This document shows positions 1-17,116 of a stretch of DNA of 64,000 nt, one piece after another; within the stretch, counting starts at the first letter, position 1, and each line of letters begins with the position of its first letter. This DNA comes from the human T2T-CHM13v2.0 reference genome, Homo sapiens: assembly GCF_009914755.1 (NCBI RefSeq), contig NC_060937.1. The stretch is one strand, 5' to 3'. The notes beneath the pieces were generated by a model, which worked only from the letters and a program-made list of their open reading frames with translations, ran no database searches and had not been told where the DNA came from. The position numbers were made by a program, and so were the translations under genes.

Positions 1-2600
1 AATAAAGGAAACTAGAAGTTGAGGAAAACTTTCTCAACTTGATAAAGAATATCTCCAGGCTGGGCATGGTGGCTCGCCCTGTAATCAGAACACTTTGGGT
101 GGCTGAAGAGGGAGGATCACTTGAGCCCAGGAGTTTGAGAACAGCTTGAGCAACAGAGCAAGACCCCATCTTTACAAAAGAATTTTTAAAATTAGCTAGG
201 CGGTGGCTCATGTTTGCCATCCTAGCTACTTGGGAAGTGGAGATGGGAGGATCACTTGAGCTCAGGAGTTTGAGATTACAGTGAGCTATGATTGCATCAC
301 TGCACTCCAACCTGGAAGACAGAGGGAGGCCCCGTCTTAAAAAAAAAAGGAATATCTGAAAAACAACCTCTACCTAACATCATACTTAATACTGAGAAAC
401 TTGAAGCTTTCTCACTAAGATCAGGAACAAGGCACTCACCACTCCTCTCACCACTCCTCTTAAACATTGTAACATTGTACTGAAAATGTTAGATACTGCA
501 ATAAGGCAAGAAAAGGAAATAAAAGATATAGTGATTAGGAAGGAGGAAATAAAGCTGTCTTTGATGGCAGATGACATGATCATCTATGTAGAAAATACCA
601 AATAATAAAAAGACATGTGGAAGGAATAAACAATTATAGCAAGGATGAAGGATATAAGGTTAATCTACAAAAGTCAATCACTTTCCTATACACCAGCAAG
701 TGACGACTGAGATTAAAAACATGATAACAATTATATTAGCACCCAAAAAGTGAAATACTTAGGTATAAATTGAACAAAATATGTGCAAGATCTGTATAAA
801 GAAAACTACAAAACTCTGATAAATGTAAATAAATGGAGAGATATTTTATGTTAATGGATAGGAAGATACAATATTGTCAAAATGTTAGTTCTTTCCAATT
901 TGATCTATAGATTCAATGCAATCCCAATAAAAATCCCAGCAAGTTGTTTTGTTGATATCAGCAAACTCATTCTGATGTTTATACGGAGAGGCAAAAGGCC
1001 CAGAAAAGCCAATTTAATATTGAAGGAAAAGAACAAAGTTGAAGGACTGAAACTCATGGACTTTGAGACTTATTAAAAGCTATGATCATCAACACAGTGT
1101 GGTATTAATGAAAGAATAGGCAAATCATCAACTGATCTTTGACACAGCAACAAAGGCAATACAGTAGAGCAAAGACAGCCTTTTCACAAATGGTGCTGGG
1201 ACAACAGAACATCCACATGGAAGAAGAGGAATCCAGACACAGACCTTACAGCCTTCACAAAATTTAACTCAAAATGGATCATAGACATAAATTTAAAATG
1301 CAAAAAAAGTATAAAACTCCTAGAAAATAATATAAGAGAACACCTAGAGGACCATGAGTATGGGAATGACTTTTTTTTTTAAATCAGCAAGCAGAGCTGG
1401 CAAGAAATAGGTTTTTAGACACAATGCCAATGGCATGATCTATGAAAGAAATTATTGACAAGCTGAACTTCATTAAAATTAAAAGCTTCTACTCTGTGAA
1501 AGACAATGTCTGGAGAATCAGGAGACATCTATAGACTGGGAGAAAATATTCGCAAAAGATACGTCTGATAAAAGACTGTTTCCAAAATACATAAAGAACT
1601 CTTAAAACTCAACAATAAGAAACTAAACAATCCAATTTAAAAATTAGGCCAAAGACCTTAGCAGACACCTCACCAAAGAAAATATATAGGTGGCAAATAA
1701 ACATATGAAAAATGCTCCACATCTTATGCATGAGGGAAATGCAAATTAAAACAATAATGGCCAAAATCCAGAACACTGACAACACCAAATACTGTCAAGG
1801 ATGTGGAGTAACAGGAACTCATTCATTTCTGATGGGAATTCAAAATCATACAGCTGCTTTGGAAGACAAAATGGCAGTTGCTTACAAAACTAAACATACT
1901 ATTACCATACAATCCAGCAATTTTGCTCCTTGGAGTTGAAAACTTTTGCCCACACAAAAACCTGCACATGGATGTTTATAGTAGCTTTATTCATAATTGC
2001 CTAAACTTGGAAGTAAAAAAGATGTCATTCAGTAGGTAAATGGATAAATAAACCACGGTACACCCAGACAATGGAATATCATTCAATTCTAAAAAGAAAT
2101 GAGCTATCAAATATGAAAAAACATGGAAGAACCTTAACTGCATATTATTAATTGAAAGGAGCCAATGCTAAAAGACTGCATACTATATTATTCTAACACT
2201 ATGACATTCTGGAAAAGGCAAAGTTTACTATGGAGACAGTAAAAAGATACGGGTGGGTGGGTGGGTGGGGGGAGGAAGGAAGAGCTGGAGCACAGAGGAT
2301 TTTTAGGGCCATGAAAATATGCTGTATGATAATGCAGTGACGGATACCTGTTATTGTACATGTGTCCAGACTCATAGAATATGTGACACCAAGAGTGAAC
2401 CCTAATGTAAACTATGGGTTTTAGGTAATTATGATGTGTCAATGTAGGTTCATCGATTGTAACAAACATACCACTCTGGAGGGGCATGTTGATAATGGGG
2501 GAGGTTATGCATGTGTGGATGCAGAGGGTATATGGGAAATATCTGTACCTTTCTCTCAATTTTGTTGTGAACCTAAAAGTTCTCTTTAAAAAATCATTTA
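1..2600 (+). mobile_element. Old LINE-1, ORF2 3' half plus 3' UTR (L1MC1-like), interrupted by an Alu
   Basis: Degenerate ORF2 peptides in the ORF track ([32 protein letters not shown]). The 3' UTR 'ccaagagtgaaccctaatgtaaactatgg...ttttgttgtgaacctaaa' resembles L1MC1. Subfamily judged by eye. Confidence 0.85.
57..348 (+). mobile_element. Alu (old, AluJ-like)
   Basis: Starts ggctgggcatggtggctc; dimeric structure; 'ttgagcccaggagtttgag'; A tail at 339-348. Confidence 0.9.
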
Positions 2601-2619
2601 AAATTTTTTTTAAATCGCA

Positions 2620-3520
2620 AACAAAAACACAACATAAAAGGACTGTGTTACCAAAATTGGCTTCTGAAGAGAAAGTCCAAACAGACCAGTTATCAGACAG
2701 TTATCTATAGTTTCATAAGAAAATTATACCAAACATTTGATGATCAGAAAATCCAATCCTGCTTAAATTGTTCCAGTGCAGGGAGAAAGAAAATTTTCTA
2801 ATTTATGAAGCAAATAGGAGACATTGATCCCAAAACATGACAAATACTTCACCAAAAAAGTAAAAAAACACAAATCAATCTCACGTATGAATATCAATAT
2901 GAAGACAAAAACATTCATAAAATAATATCAAACAAAATCTGAAGCACACTTTAAATAATCTTAACCAAGGAAATTCCATAGATGCAAGGGTGATTCCATA
3001 TGAGGAAAGCCACTAATATAATTTACCACAATAATAGGCTGAGGAAAAAATTATACAATTGGTTCCATAGAGGCAGAAAATATTTTGACACAATTCAACA
3101 CCCATTTATGCCAAAAAACAAGCAATAAAATAGAAATTACAATGATATGTCCCTAACATGATAAAATACTAATTAATATCTCACCTCAAAGCCAGTATCT
3201 TAATTAATAGAAAAACACTAAAAGTGTTCCTTCTATGGTAATAGATAAAACAAGGATGCCTACTATCTCTTACAATTTCTAAATTGTATTGGAGGTGTTA
3301 GTCAATGCAATTAGACAAGATAAATCCATTAGAGGCATAAAAATATTTTACAATAGATATTTTATTTGTAAATGAAATTCCTAAGTATCTGGAAAAAAAC
3401 AAAACAATCAATGGAAAAACTACTAAAAACAAAAAATAAATTAGTAAAGATAATTAGGGCAGAATAGAATATTCAGATAGATTTAATTGCATATGAAAAT
3501 TTAGAAAACAATAAAAGCAG
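2620..3520 (+). mobile_element. Highly degraded L1 ORF2 fragment
   Basis: A-rich, with remnants of RT-region DNA (gatgcaagggtgattc, gcagaaaatattttgacacaattcaaca, caaggatgcctact). Confidence 0.6.
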
Positions 3521-3524
3521 TGTC

Positions 3525-4000
3525 TGTATTAGTCCATTTGTGATGCTATAACAGAATGCCCAGACTGGGTAATTTATAAAGAACAGAATTTTATTTCTCA
3601 CAGTTCCAGAGACTGGGAAGTCCAAAATCAAGGCACTGGCAGCTGGTGTCTGGTGAGGATCTTCTTGCTGTGTCCTCATATGGCAGATGGTGGAAGGGCA
3701 AAAAGTGATGGACTCTGTGTCCCCATGTAGCAGAAGAGCATGAGAGACCCCACTCCCAAAAGCCCTTTTTATAGTGACATTAATCCATTTAGGAAGGCAG
3801 GCCTCACCTTCTAACACTGTTGCAGTGGATATTAAGTTTCCAACACATAAATTTTGGAGAATATATTTATATATAGCAGTATCTTAGACTGTTTGGGCTG
3901 CTATAACAAAACACTATAAGCTGGTGATGTACAAACAATAAAAACTTATTTCTCGCAGTGCTGGAGGCTGGGAAGTCCAAGGTCAAGGAGTTGGCAAATG
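3525..4000 (-). mobile_element. MaLR (MST/MLT1) LTR remnants
   Basis: 'tgtattagtccattt...gactgggtaatttataaagaacaga...tttctcacagttc...gggaagtccaa' is a typical MaLR LTR end. A second similar start lies near 3880. Confidence 0.75.
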
Positions 4001-5982
4001 TGTTTGTAGAGACAAAGTTTCACCATGTTGGCCAGGCTGCTCTTGAACTCCTGACCTCAGATGATCCATCTGCCTCGGCCTCCCAGAGTGCTGGGATTAC
4101 AGGTGTGAACCACTGCACCTTGCCAAAGTTAATACAATAGACTGAAACATGTCAAATATGTTTTAACATTTTACTTCCTAATGTCTTTTAAAAAAACAAA
4201 ACAAAACACCTCACTAGTCACCTTTGGAAGGTACTAAGAACCAACTCACTATTTTGAAATTGGCAAATAGAGAAAACCTAGTAAGTTTCTTGCCAGTGCA
4301 AAGCTTTTCTTTACAGAAGTATTCCAGCAAACAAATACAGATTGAATGATGGAATTAGAATATCTCCACTTTTCAAACCATAATGAAGTAATGGATCTAG
4401 GATCATTCACTGCTGCTAACATCACAAGGTAGAGACAAGCAAAAATTTGTACCTGCCAATAAAATGTCAAGATACCACCTGTGGTTTATCAAGGAAAAAG
4501 AAAAATGAACCTGAATTTCTAACTGCCAATATACAGAAAATGTCAGGCATGTGATCAGCAAAATCCAGACTCAGAAACTCTACAGGACAAATTCTCTGGA
4601 TTTCTCATAGCAAATTGCAGGGAGAAAAACAGGGAAATTGTACATTAGACGTAAAAGATGTACGACCAGTGGCAATATAGGCCTTTTTACGTGAGTCCTG
4701 AGTCAAACATGGAAGGGAGGAGGGTGGAAGGGAGATCGGGTCTCCATTTTTTATACTAATAAGCACTCTGTTGGGGGCACTCATTTCCCCCCCAAGAGCA
4801 TTCTTTGATGATTTTGCCAAAACCAATCTTTACAATGATGGTTACAAAATGGTGATTTTTCGACCACACCACTGCTTCTACGTTTACCAACTGGCATTTT
4901 GCTGTAAGGAAACACTCCCTTCCCCCCTGTACCTAATGTTTAAATTAAACGAGAAGCAACATCAGATAACATTAAGGGGTTCAAAAGGCCTTGGTCAACA
5001 AGTTCTGCCACCAGGCAAGCTAGTGTGACATTTTTAGTAACAGTTATGTTCTCAAATCTTTATCTGGAGCTTGAAGAAACTTGCTTCTAGAAAGCTCTGT
5101 GTAGGCATCTCAGATTAAACATAGTTAACTCAGAATTTCCTGTCCATGCCCCAAACCCACTCACCACCTTCTCTGTCTTAGTGTCACCTGGTATGAAAAC
5201 TGAAAGCAGAGGGCATTCTTCATGCCTTCCTTTCCCTTCACCCCCGCCCCACACATGTACACCGCACCTGGGCCTGGATCCTGCCACCTCCCCGCCCAGT
5301 GGCCCCACAGCCCTGGGCATGCTGCAGGCCCAGGTCTCCTCCCTGGATGACCACAGGAGCCTTGGCATTGGCCTCCCTGCCTTCCTTCAGGCTTCTCTTC
5401 GTTCACACGTAGTGACAGAGGAGCCTGTAAAAAGTGACCATGTGACCACGTCACTCCTCTGCCTCTATTTTCAATGGTTCCCTTTCCTTTGGGGACCAAG
5501 TTGCAGCTCCTAAGTGTGCTCTGTGAACACGTCTCCATCTGCCCCTTTCTCCACCTCCTGACATCTCGCTGCATCTTCTCCACCCTCTGTGCTGTCACCA
5601 CATTGCACGTGGGTTCAGTCCCCAGCCTGGCTATCCTTCTCCATGTGCTGGGGGTTTCTTCCTCCACTGGGGAGTTTCCCAATGCTGTCGCCTTCAGGTT
5701 ATCCGTGAGCAGGTCCCGTAGTTAACTATCTATAAAGGAATGTCTAGAATATGCGGGGATTCCTTTTTATTGCAAGCAGTGATACATACAGGTCTCATGC
5801 ATTTAACCTGTCACATTTTAAATATAAATGTTTCCCTTATTTGTACCTTTTCTAAGTGGAAACTTTAGAGATTGTTGTACAGCTAATGCCTAAGGTGCTC
5901 ATCCTGAAATACTGGTGGAGAGCTTGGAAATTAAAGTGAGGTGGATGCAGGGACATAACTCACTGTATAAAAGGCCTCCTGG

Positions 5983-6346
<364 letters not shown>

Positions 6347-6564
6347 TCACCCTGCACCCACTTAATTCTGTCTTTTAAAAGGGCAATAGAGGCTCATTTC
6401 TGAGGGTGCCTGGCTTCCTCCAGGGGATACTCGGATTCCAAATCTAAGCACGAGCCTCTTTCAGAACTTCAGGCCGTGTGCTGACATGGAATCCCTGGTG
6501 CCACGAAAGACCCCAGAGCAGCACAATCTGAGCTCACTCTGTTTCCAATACTGCGCCCAGGTAA

Positions 6565-6690
<126 letters not shown>

Positions 6691-6871
6691 TAATGTAATA
6701 GCTAACTAGAAAATGCCAGCTTAAAAGCCCAGGAAAATAGAAAAGGCAGGGTTAGTAAGGAATAAACTCACCGAAGACAAAATGCAGTCTAGGTGATTAA
6801 TTAGCCCCGTCTGTCCGTGAGGGAGCTGGTTGATAATTGGAGCAGAAATCTTTCCCCAGTCGTTGTGCTGA

Positions 6872-7745
6872 CTATAAACCAAAAATTATCTGAGACAGGT
6901 CTCAATCAATTTAGAAGTTTATTTTGCCAAGTTTAAGGATCTGCCCGTGACACAGCCCCAGGAAGTCCTTGAAAACATGTTCCCAAGGTGGTCAAGATAC
7001 AGCTTGGTTTTATACATTTTAGGGAGACTTGAGACGTCAATCAATACGTGTAAGGTGTACATTGGTTTCGTCCAGAAAGGCAGGACAACTTGGAGTGGGA
7101 GCAGGGGTACTTCCAGGTCACAGGTGGATTCAAAGATTTCCTGACTGCCAATTGGTTGAAAGAATTTATCTAAAGACCTGGAATCAATAGAAGGGAGTGT
7201 CTAGGTTAAGACAAGGGGTTGTGGAGACCGAAATTCTTATCATGCAGATGAAGCCTCCAGGTAGCAGGCTTCAGGGGAAATAGACTGTAAATATTGCTCA
7301 TCAGAGTTAAAAAGGTGCCAGACTAAGTAAATTCTCTCCTGGATCAGGAAAAAGACCTGGAAAGGGAAGGAGATTCTCTACAGAATGTAGATTTTCCCCA
7401 CAAGAGACAGCTTTGCAGGGCCATTTTGAAATATGTCAAATAAATATATTTTGGGGTAAAATAGTTATATATTTTTTAAACACCTGCTATCTATCATGTT
7501 GGTATCTTATTGCTACAAAGAGTCTTTTTGTCAGTTTTAAGGTCTCTGTTTTAACCTTAATGCTGGTCAGTTGTGCCTAAATTCCATTGGGAGCAGGGCA
7601 TAATGAGGCATGTCCAACCCCACTTCCCATCATGGCCTGAACTAGTTTGTCAGGTTAACTTAGGAATGCCCTTGGCCAAGAGGAGGGGTCTGTTCAGTTG
7701 GCTGGGAGTTGTGGAGGGGGCTTAGAATTTTATTTGTGGTTTACA
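6872..7745 (-). mobile_element. MER4-family (ERV1) solo LTR
   Basis: 'aaaccaaaaattatctgagacaggtctcaatcaatttagaagtttattttgccaag...ttttatttgtggtttaca' matches MER4-type LTR ends. Confidence 0.8.
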
Positions 7746-7870
7746 TGACCCATCATGTCTTGGGGGGAAGGGAAGTGGATTCACAGTGACAATTTATTCA
7801 GTGCAGTTCCAGAATAACTAGCATCATTCCCTTACAGTAAACCATTTCTTAACCACCTCAGAATGTTGGG

Positions 7871-8413
<543 letters not shown>

Positions 8414-8809
8414 AAGTTTACCTCATTTGGTGATTGAGAATTGCATGGTTATCTCGAAGTAATGCCTCCAGGACAAAAGGCTGTGGGCTTTATATGAGCC
8501 TGTTAAGCAGTGGTGTTAAAATGGGCTGAACTGAAGCCGAGTAACCAGTCTTCAGCATATCTGCAGACCGACCACTTGGAAGCCTAAAACAAGAGGCAGA
8601 TTCTTTTCCTCTGGGCTCAAATATTCTCTTCTTATAACTGAATAAAATATCTCTATCTTTCTTAAAATATAAAAAAGATTTCCTCATTAGCACCACCGCC
8701 ACATGTTACTTTTGGAGGGTCACCTAATTTTACAAGATAGTGCCTCGCCTCAGTGTTACTCTCACTTACTCCACCCAATGCGTTCCAATCCATGGGCAAA
8801 GCAGCTGGT

Positions 8810-11102
<2,293 letters not shown>

Positions 11103-13087
11103 TAAGGGAGCGGCTCCTGCCATCCCACCCGGCTCAGCACCAAACCCGAGTGCTGGGAAGGGGTTGGGGATGAGCAGAAGAGCTGCCCGTGGGTGGGAGT
11201 CGAGGCGTTTCTGTCCTCTCCCGAAAACAGCCACAGCTCTGAGGAGTGCCCTTTTCCTTGGCGGATTGTGATTCCAAGTTTTACTTGAGACTCCTAGGCT
11301 GTTTCCGCAACCCACAACTAAATCACAGTTAGCGGCTGTGAGCTGCCCGTGTGCCAGACACTCCTCTGAACCTGCTAAGCGCTTGACTCAGAACCCTCAC
11401 AGGACCCCGTGTGGTACGGGCTCTTGTGCACCTCACAGGACAGTAGGAAACGGAGGCACTGGGAGGTGGCAGAACTTGGCCAAGGTTGCAGTTCGGCGGC
11501 GGAGGAACACAGGCTGTACCCCAGCCCTGCTCATGCAGTTCTCAAAGGTGTCAAGTTACCAAAAGCAGCAAAAGGTTTTGTTTCTCTGTCAGCAGACCAC
11601 TAGGTCCAGCATCTTTCTGGAAAAAACACCGAAAATCATGTACCCCTGCATCCTGTGTGGGTCCCAGCCTGGGATACTGGTACTGCTCTTTCATAACCTC
11701 ACTTTTCACCCAGAAGTGGAGTTCTGCCCTCTGTGAAAATGAATATCAGCAGGCTTTCATACTCCTTAAAATCACCTTATAAATGCTTGACTGTGAATCC
11801 TAAAAGCCTCTCTTGTCTAAGGTCAATAACCTCTGCCCCCTGCATCTTACACATCCTAGAGTAACCTCATAGTTACACCATGGCCCTTTCCCTGTAAGTG
11901 CAAGATTTTGATGGTGATTGTGATAGTTAATTCTAATGAAGGGGTTTTTGTTCCGGAAGTGCTTGAACCTTTTAAGACTTTTGGCCTGTACCTATCCCCA
12001 AGAAGCTTATAGTAGTTTCAGATTTCATAATAAATTAAAATATAATTGATCCTCAGGTACCTCGAGGTGTGTGATACAGGAAGATTGCAGGCCCAGCAGG
12101 GTGCACCACTGGGAAGGTGCTGCTCCAAGCTCAGGCGGGCCCTGCATGGTCCTGTGTGCTGGCTTTGTTCAAAGGCCCAACTGGAGCAAACCTGCCTCAG
12201 AGATGATTTACTGTGGGCTTCCAGGGCTTCAAGGGAAGCCATGGGAAAGTCAACCATTTTTCTCAAGAATGCATCAGTTTGGGGCTTGATAACTGGCTAT
12301 TTCATGTCTCAGTTGACTCCATTCTTTAACAAAGGACACTTGCCGAGTTAATGCACAATGCTGGAGAGAAACAGTTCGTTTTCAGGGGAGTCTCAGCTGC
12401 TTCTGGAGCACTGCAGACCAGTTGGTTGATGGAATAAACATATCTAGCTAGCTGGTCAGCCAGTAGCACAAATCAACATGAGAGAAACTATAGAGCCAAC
12501 AATTGGACTTTCACTCCTGATTTCATTTTTCATGTCTTTATTCAGATGTGATTGGCATACAGTAAACACATATTCAAAGTGTATGTGATAGGTTTGTCAT
12601 ATGATACACCCATGACACCAGCACCCCAGTCAAGACAGTAAACATATTCATCACTCCCCAGGTTTCCCTGAGCCTTTCGGTCCCCCTACCCACCACCCTC
12701 TGCCCATCGAAGGTTCCCTATGGGTGCCTTTGCACTTTCTGGATTTTATGTGTATAGGTTCATCAAGTATCTGCGTTTTGTCTGCCTTTCAGTTAGCATA
12801 ACGTTGAGTAGTGTTCCATCGTACGGATCTATCACAATGTGTTTATCCATTCACCTGTTGATGAGCATTTGGGTGGTTTCCAGTTTTGGGCTATTACAAA
12901 TAAGGCTGCAATCAGAGTTTATGTAAAAAGAAATTCAGAGATGAATACCTCTGCCCAAGACTGAAAACTCAATGACAAATGGATTTCAAGTGGGATCCAC
13001 ATGAGAGACCCCCAGAATGACCGCATGAGGAGCTCTCTCAACCCACTCCCCAGCAAAACTTTTGAAAATGGTTAAAACACAGTCATT

Positions 13088-13914
13088 TAGAGTCTCTGCT
13101 GTATGGTCCTAAGAAGAAACATATATTCAAGAAAAGCTACTGTAATTTGACAAGAACAGCAAATGTCCCTGGTATATGAGCTAAAACCTGCTGTCTCCCC
13201 ACTGCTTCCAGCTCAGCAATGCAGATGCACACCAGAAGCTGCAGCCAAGTGCATGGGCTCTGCTCCCCACAGCTCCTAGTCGAAGGGCCTTCTTCCTGGA
13301 AGGGGCAGGGCCTTACTTTTCTCATCTTGTCTGCAGTTGCCTGTTGCTGAGACTAAATCCCAGGTGAGTGTGGCCCCACGCTGGAGATGCTCTTGTTCTG
13401 CCCATTTCCTGTTTGTGGAGTGGATGCTTAGCCTGCAGCCTTGGGAATGGTGATCCTAAGACTACAGGAGCCAAGATCCCCTTGGTCTGGTTCATAGGCA
13501 TTGGTTCCATGCTGGGAGAGTCACGCCGAGAAGACCTGTGTGTCCCTCCAACACACACACACAGTGGAGCACAGAGCCTGGGGTGTCACTCAGAGAGAAG
13601 ATCGCCATTGTTCCCACTCCGAGCTCCAGGGCTCTGAGATTTTGCCCAGAGGAAGAAGCAGACCCTCGTAACAGCTCCCATTCTCTTCCCAAAGGGATGG
13701 TTTAATTTGCAACAGAATTTAGAAAAGTGCAAGCCTCACTGGACATGAAAATAAAAGACATCGAAATTGGGAAGGAAGAAGCAAACTATTTCTATTCACA
13801 GATGATATGATCTTGCATATAGAAAATCTTAAGGAATGCACTAAAAAGCTGTAGAACTAATCCACAAGTTCAACAAGGTTGCAGAATACAAGATCAATAC
13901 ACAAAAATCAATTG
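13088..13914 (+). repeat. Left arm of a local inverted duplication (L1-derived at least in its inner part)
   Basis: Its reverse complement aligns colinearly with 16038-17116. Confidence 0.9.
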
Positions 13915-14144
13915 TGTTTTTATATACTTGCAATGAGCAATCTGAAGAGGAAACTAAGAAAACAATTCCATACTCAAAAGTATCAAAAGAATAGGTACTT
14001 AGGAATAAACAAAGGAAGTACAAAATTTATACTCCAAAAACTACAAACCGTCATCCACAAAAATTGAAGATCTAAATAAATGGAAAAATATCCCACGTGT
14101 ATGGATTCAGAAGTCTTGCTATATTAAGATGGCAATATACAAAC

Positions 14145-14527
14145 TATTGCAGAATTTTGCTCCTTAGTTCAGCTGAAACTGGGTACTTGTCACATGACCA
14201 GGAAAATCTAGGCACACGAACACATTGAAGGGTGAGTAGAGCAGGATTTTCTTGGGTGACAAGGGAAAAAAAGAAAAGAAAAAGAAAACTCAGCAAAGTG
14301 AGATGGAGTCCTGCTAACAGGCTCCCACCTCACAAATGGAATCCCAGGCCACCACACAGGAACTGAAGAGGCCAGGCTCCTCCCCTGCCCGTGGCTTCAC
14401 CCGTTTCCCCAGTGGGCATGTGGGCATGTGCAGACAAGGCCCTGGGCAGGTTCCCTCATCTGCACAAAAGCATCTGGTGTAAACACTTGTCAGATGGGGC
14501 AGAGATTCTGGGCATTTGGCTGTCTCA
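14145..14527 (-). mobile_element. ERV1 solo LTR (MER61-like) inserted in L1
   Basis: 'gaattttgctccttagttcagctgaaactggg...cttgtcacatgaccagg...ctgtctca'. L1 sequence resumes on both sides. Confidence 0.65.
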
Positions 14528-14680
14528 AACCCAATCTACAAATTCAATACAATCCCAATTAGAACTCCAGCCAACTTCTCTGTAGAAATTGACCCACTGG
14601 TTCTAAAATTTGATGGATTGTTTTAGTCAAAACAATCCTGAAAAAGAAGATCAAAGTAGTAGGACTCATGTGTCCTTATT

Positions 14681-15100
14681 GTTGCTGGGGAGCAATGGCT
14701 ATCTCAGCCAGTGGCATGGGGGTAATGAATTTACCAAGACAGTTGTAGGTAAAGAAAGGCAGATTTATGAGAGAAAGTAGGAAAATACATTTCGAGGAGG
14801 CAGCGGGCAGCCCACAGGAGAGAGGCTGACTATGAGGAGACCAAGGCTTGCTGGGGATTTTATAGGGTGGCATTTATGCTGAAGAGGGCTTTGTGCAGTA
14901 CCAATAACACCAAAGCTACAGTGAGCTAACTTGCAGGTGTCTGGTAATAGCTCGGCACAGGAAAATTGTGAGCTGTTTGCGCAGGAGGGCTGCGTGTTCT
15001 GGACCATGAAGAAAGGCAGACTTGTCGCTTACCTGCTTTATCTCTTTGCTTTCCCTTGGTCCCACCAGCTTGACTCCTCTTTCCTAATTAGGACTCCACA
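14681..15100 (-). mobile_element. ERV1-class solo LTR inserted in L1
   Basis: TG...CA ends and 'gaatttaccaagacagttgtaggtaaagaaaggcagattta'. Splits L1 ggactcat.../...atttcaaacttac. Confidence 0.65.
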
Positions 15101-16037
15101 CCTATTTCAAACTTACTAAGAAAGCTATAGTAATCAAGATAGTATTACACTGGCATTAAGATAGACATATAAATCAATGGGAGTCCATGTGTCTATAATC
15201 AATGTATTTTCAACAAAGGGGCCAAGACCATTCAGTGAGGAAAGAATAGTCTTTCCACAAATGCTGAGACAACTCTATCGCCACATGCAAAAGAATGAAG
15301 TTGGACTCTCACCTCACACCATATAGAAGAATTAATCAAAAACGGATCAAAGGCCTAAATGTAAGAACTAAAACCATAAAACTCTTAGAAGAAAACAGTG
15401 GGAAATCATCGTGACTTCAGATTTGGCAATGGAGTCTAAGATATGGCACCAAAAGCAGGAATGACAAACAAGAAGATACATAAACTGGACTTAATGAAAA
15501 TTAACAACTTTTGTGCATCAAAGGACACTATCAAGAAAGTAAAAAAAACCCACAGAATGGGAGAAAATATTTGCAAATCAGATACGATTAGGGACTTGCA
15601 TCTAGAATACATGAAGACCTCTCACAGTTCAGTGATAAAGACAATGACCTCATTAAAAGATGGGCAGAAGATCTGAATAGACATTTCTCCAAGGAAGACA
15701 TACAGATGATTAATAAGCACATGAAAAGATACTTAGCATCATTCATCATCAAGGAAATGCAAATCGAAACCACAACGTGATAGCACTTCACGCCTATCAG
15801 ATTGACTGGAATCAAAATGACAGATAAGAAGGAGTGTTGGTGACCATGTGGGGAAATTGGAACCCTCCAGGGCTGGGAGGAATGGTGCAGCCACTTGGGA
15901 AAACAGTCCAGAAGTTCCTCAAGTGATTAAACATATTTTAATAAATATATGGGGATTAAATATATTTACCATATAACCAATTTCACTCCCAAGTATATAA
16001 CCAAGAGAAATGAAAACATGTCTACACGAAAACATAT

Positions 16038-17116
16038 ACAATTGATTTTTGTGTATTGATCTTATATTCTGCAACCTTGTTGAACTTGTGGATTAGTTCT
16101 ACAGCTTTTTAGTGCATTCCTTAAGATTTTCTATATGCAAGATCATATCATCTGTGAATAGAAATAGTTTGCTTCTTCTTTCCCAATTTGGATGTCTTTT
16201 ATTTTCATGTTCAGTGAGGGTTGAACTTCTCTAAATTCTGTTGCAAGTGAAACAGCATTTAGAACAGCTCGTCCCTTTGGGAAGAGCTGGGAGTGGAGAC
16301 AATGGCAATCTTCTCTCTGAGTGACACCCCAGGCTCTTTGCTTCATTGTGTGTATGTTGTGGGGACACACAGGTCTTCTGGGCTTGCCTCTCCCATCTTG
16401 GAACCAATGCCTGTGAACCAGCCCAAGGGGATCCGGGCTCCTGTATTCTTAGAAGCACAATTTCCAAGGCTCTAGGCTGATCCTCCATTCCATAAACAGG
16501 GGCTGGGCAGAACAATGCCACACTCACCTGGGACTTAGTCTCAGCAACAGGCAGTTGAGGACAAGAGGAGAAAAGCTGAGGCCCTGCCTCTTCCAGGAAG
16601 GAGGCCCTTCGACTAGAAGCTATGGGGAGTAGAGCCTGTGTGCCTGGCTGCAGCCTCTGGAGTGCAGTCTGCATTGCCGAGCTGGGAACAGCAGGGAAAG
16701 AGCAGGTTTCAGCTCAAATGCCAGAGACATTTGCCAAATTACAGTAGCTTTTTTTCTTTTCCTTTTTTTTTTTTTTTTTGAGACAAAGTCTTGCTTTGTT
16801 GCCCAGGCTGGAGTGCAGTGGCACAATCTCGGCTCACTGCAACCTCCACCTCCCAGTTCAAGTGATTCTCCTGCCTCAGCCTCCCGAGTAGCTGGGATTA
16901 CAGGCGCGTGCCACCACACCTGGCTAATTTTTGTATCTTTAGTAGAGACAGGGTTTCGCCATGTTGGCCAGGCTGGTCTTGAACTCTTGACCTCAGATGA
17001 TCTGCCCACCTCAGCCTCCCAAAGTGCTGGGATTACAGGCGTGAGCCACCGCTCCTGGCCAGTAGCTTTTTTTAAATAAATGTTTCTTCTTAGGACCATA
17101 CAGCGGAGACTTTGAA
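16038..17116 (-). repeat. Right arm of the inverted duplication, with an Alu at about 16749-17060 (TSD agtagcttttttt)
   Basis: Colinear reverse-complement match to 13088-13914. The Alu is present in this arm only. Confidence 0.9.
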
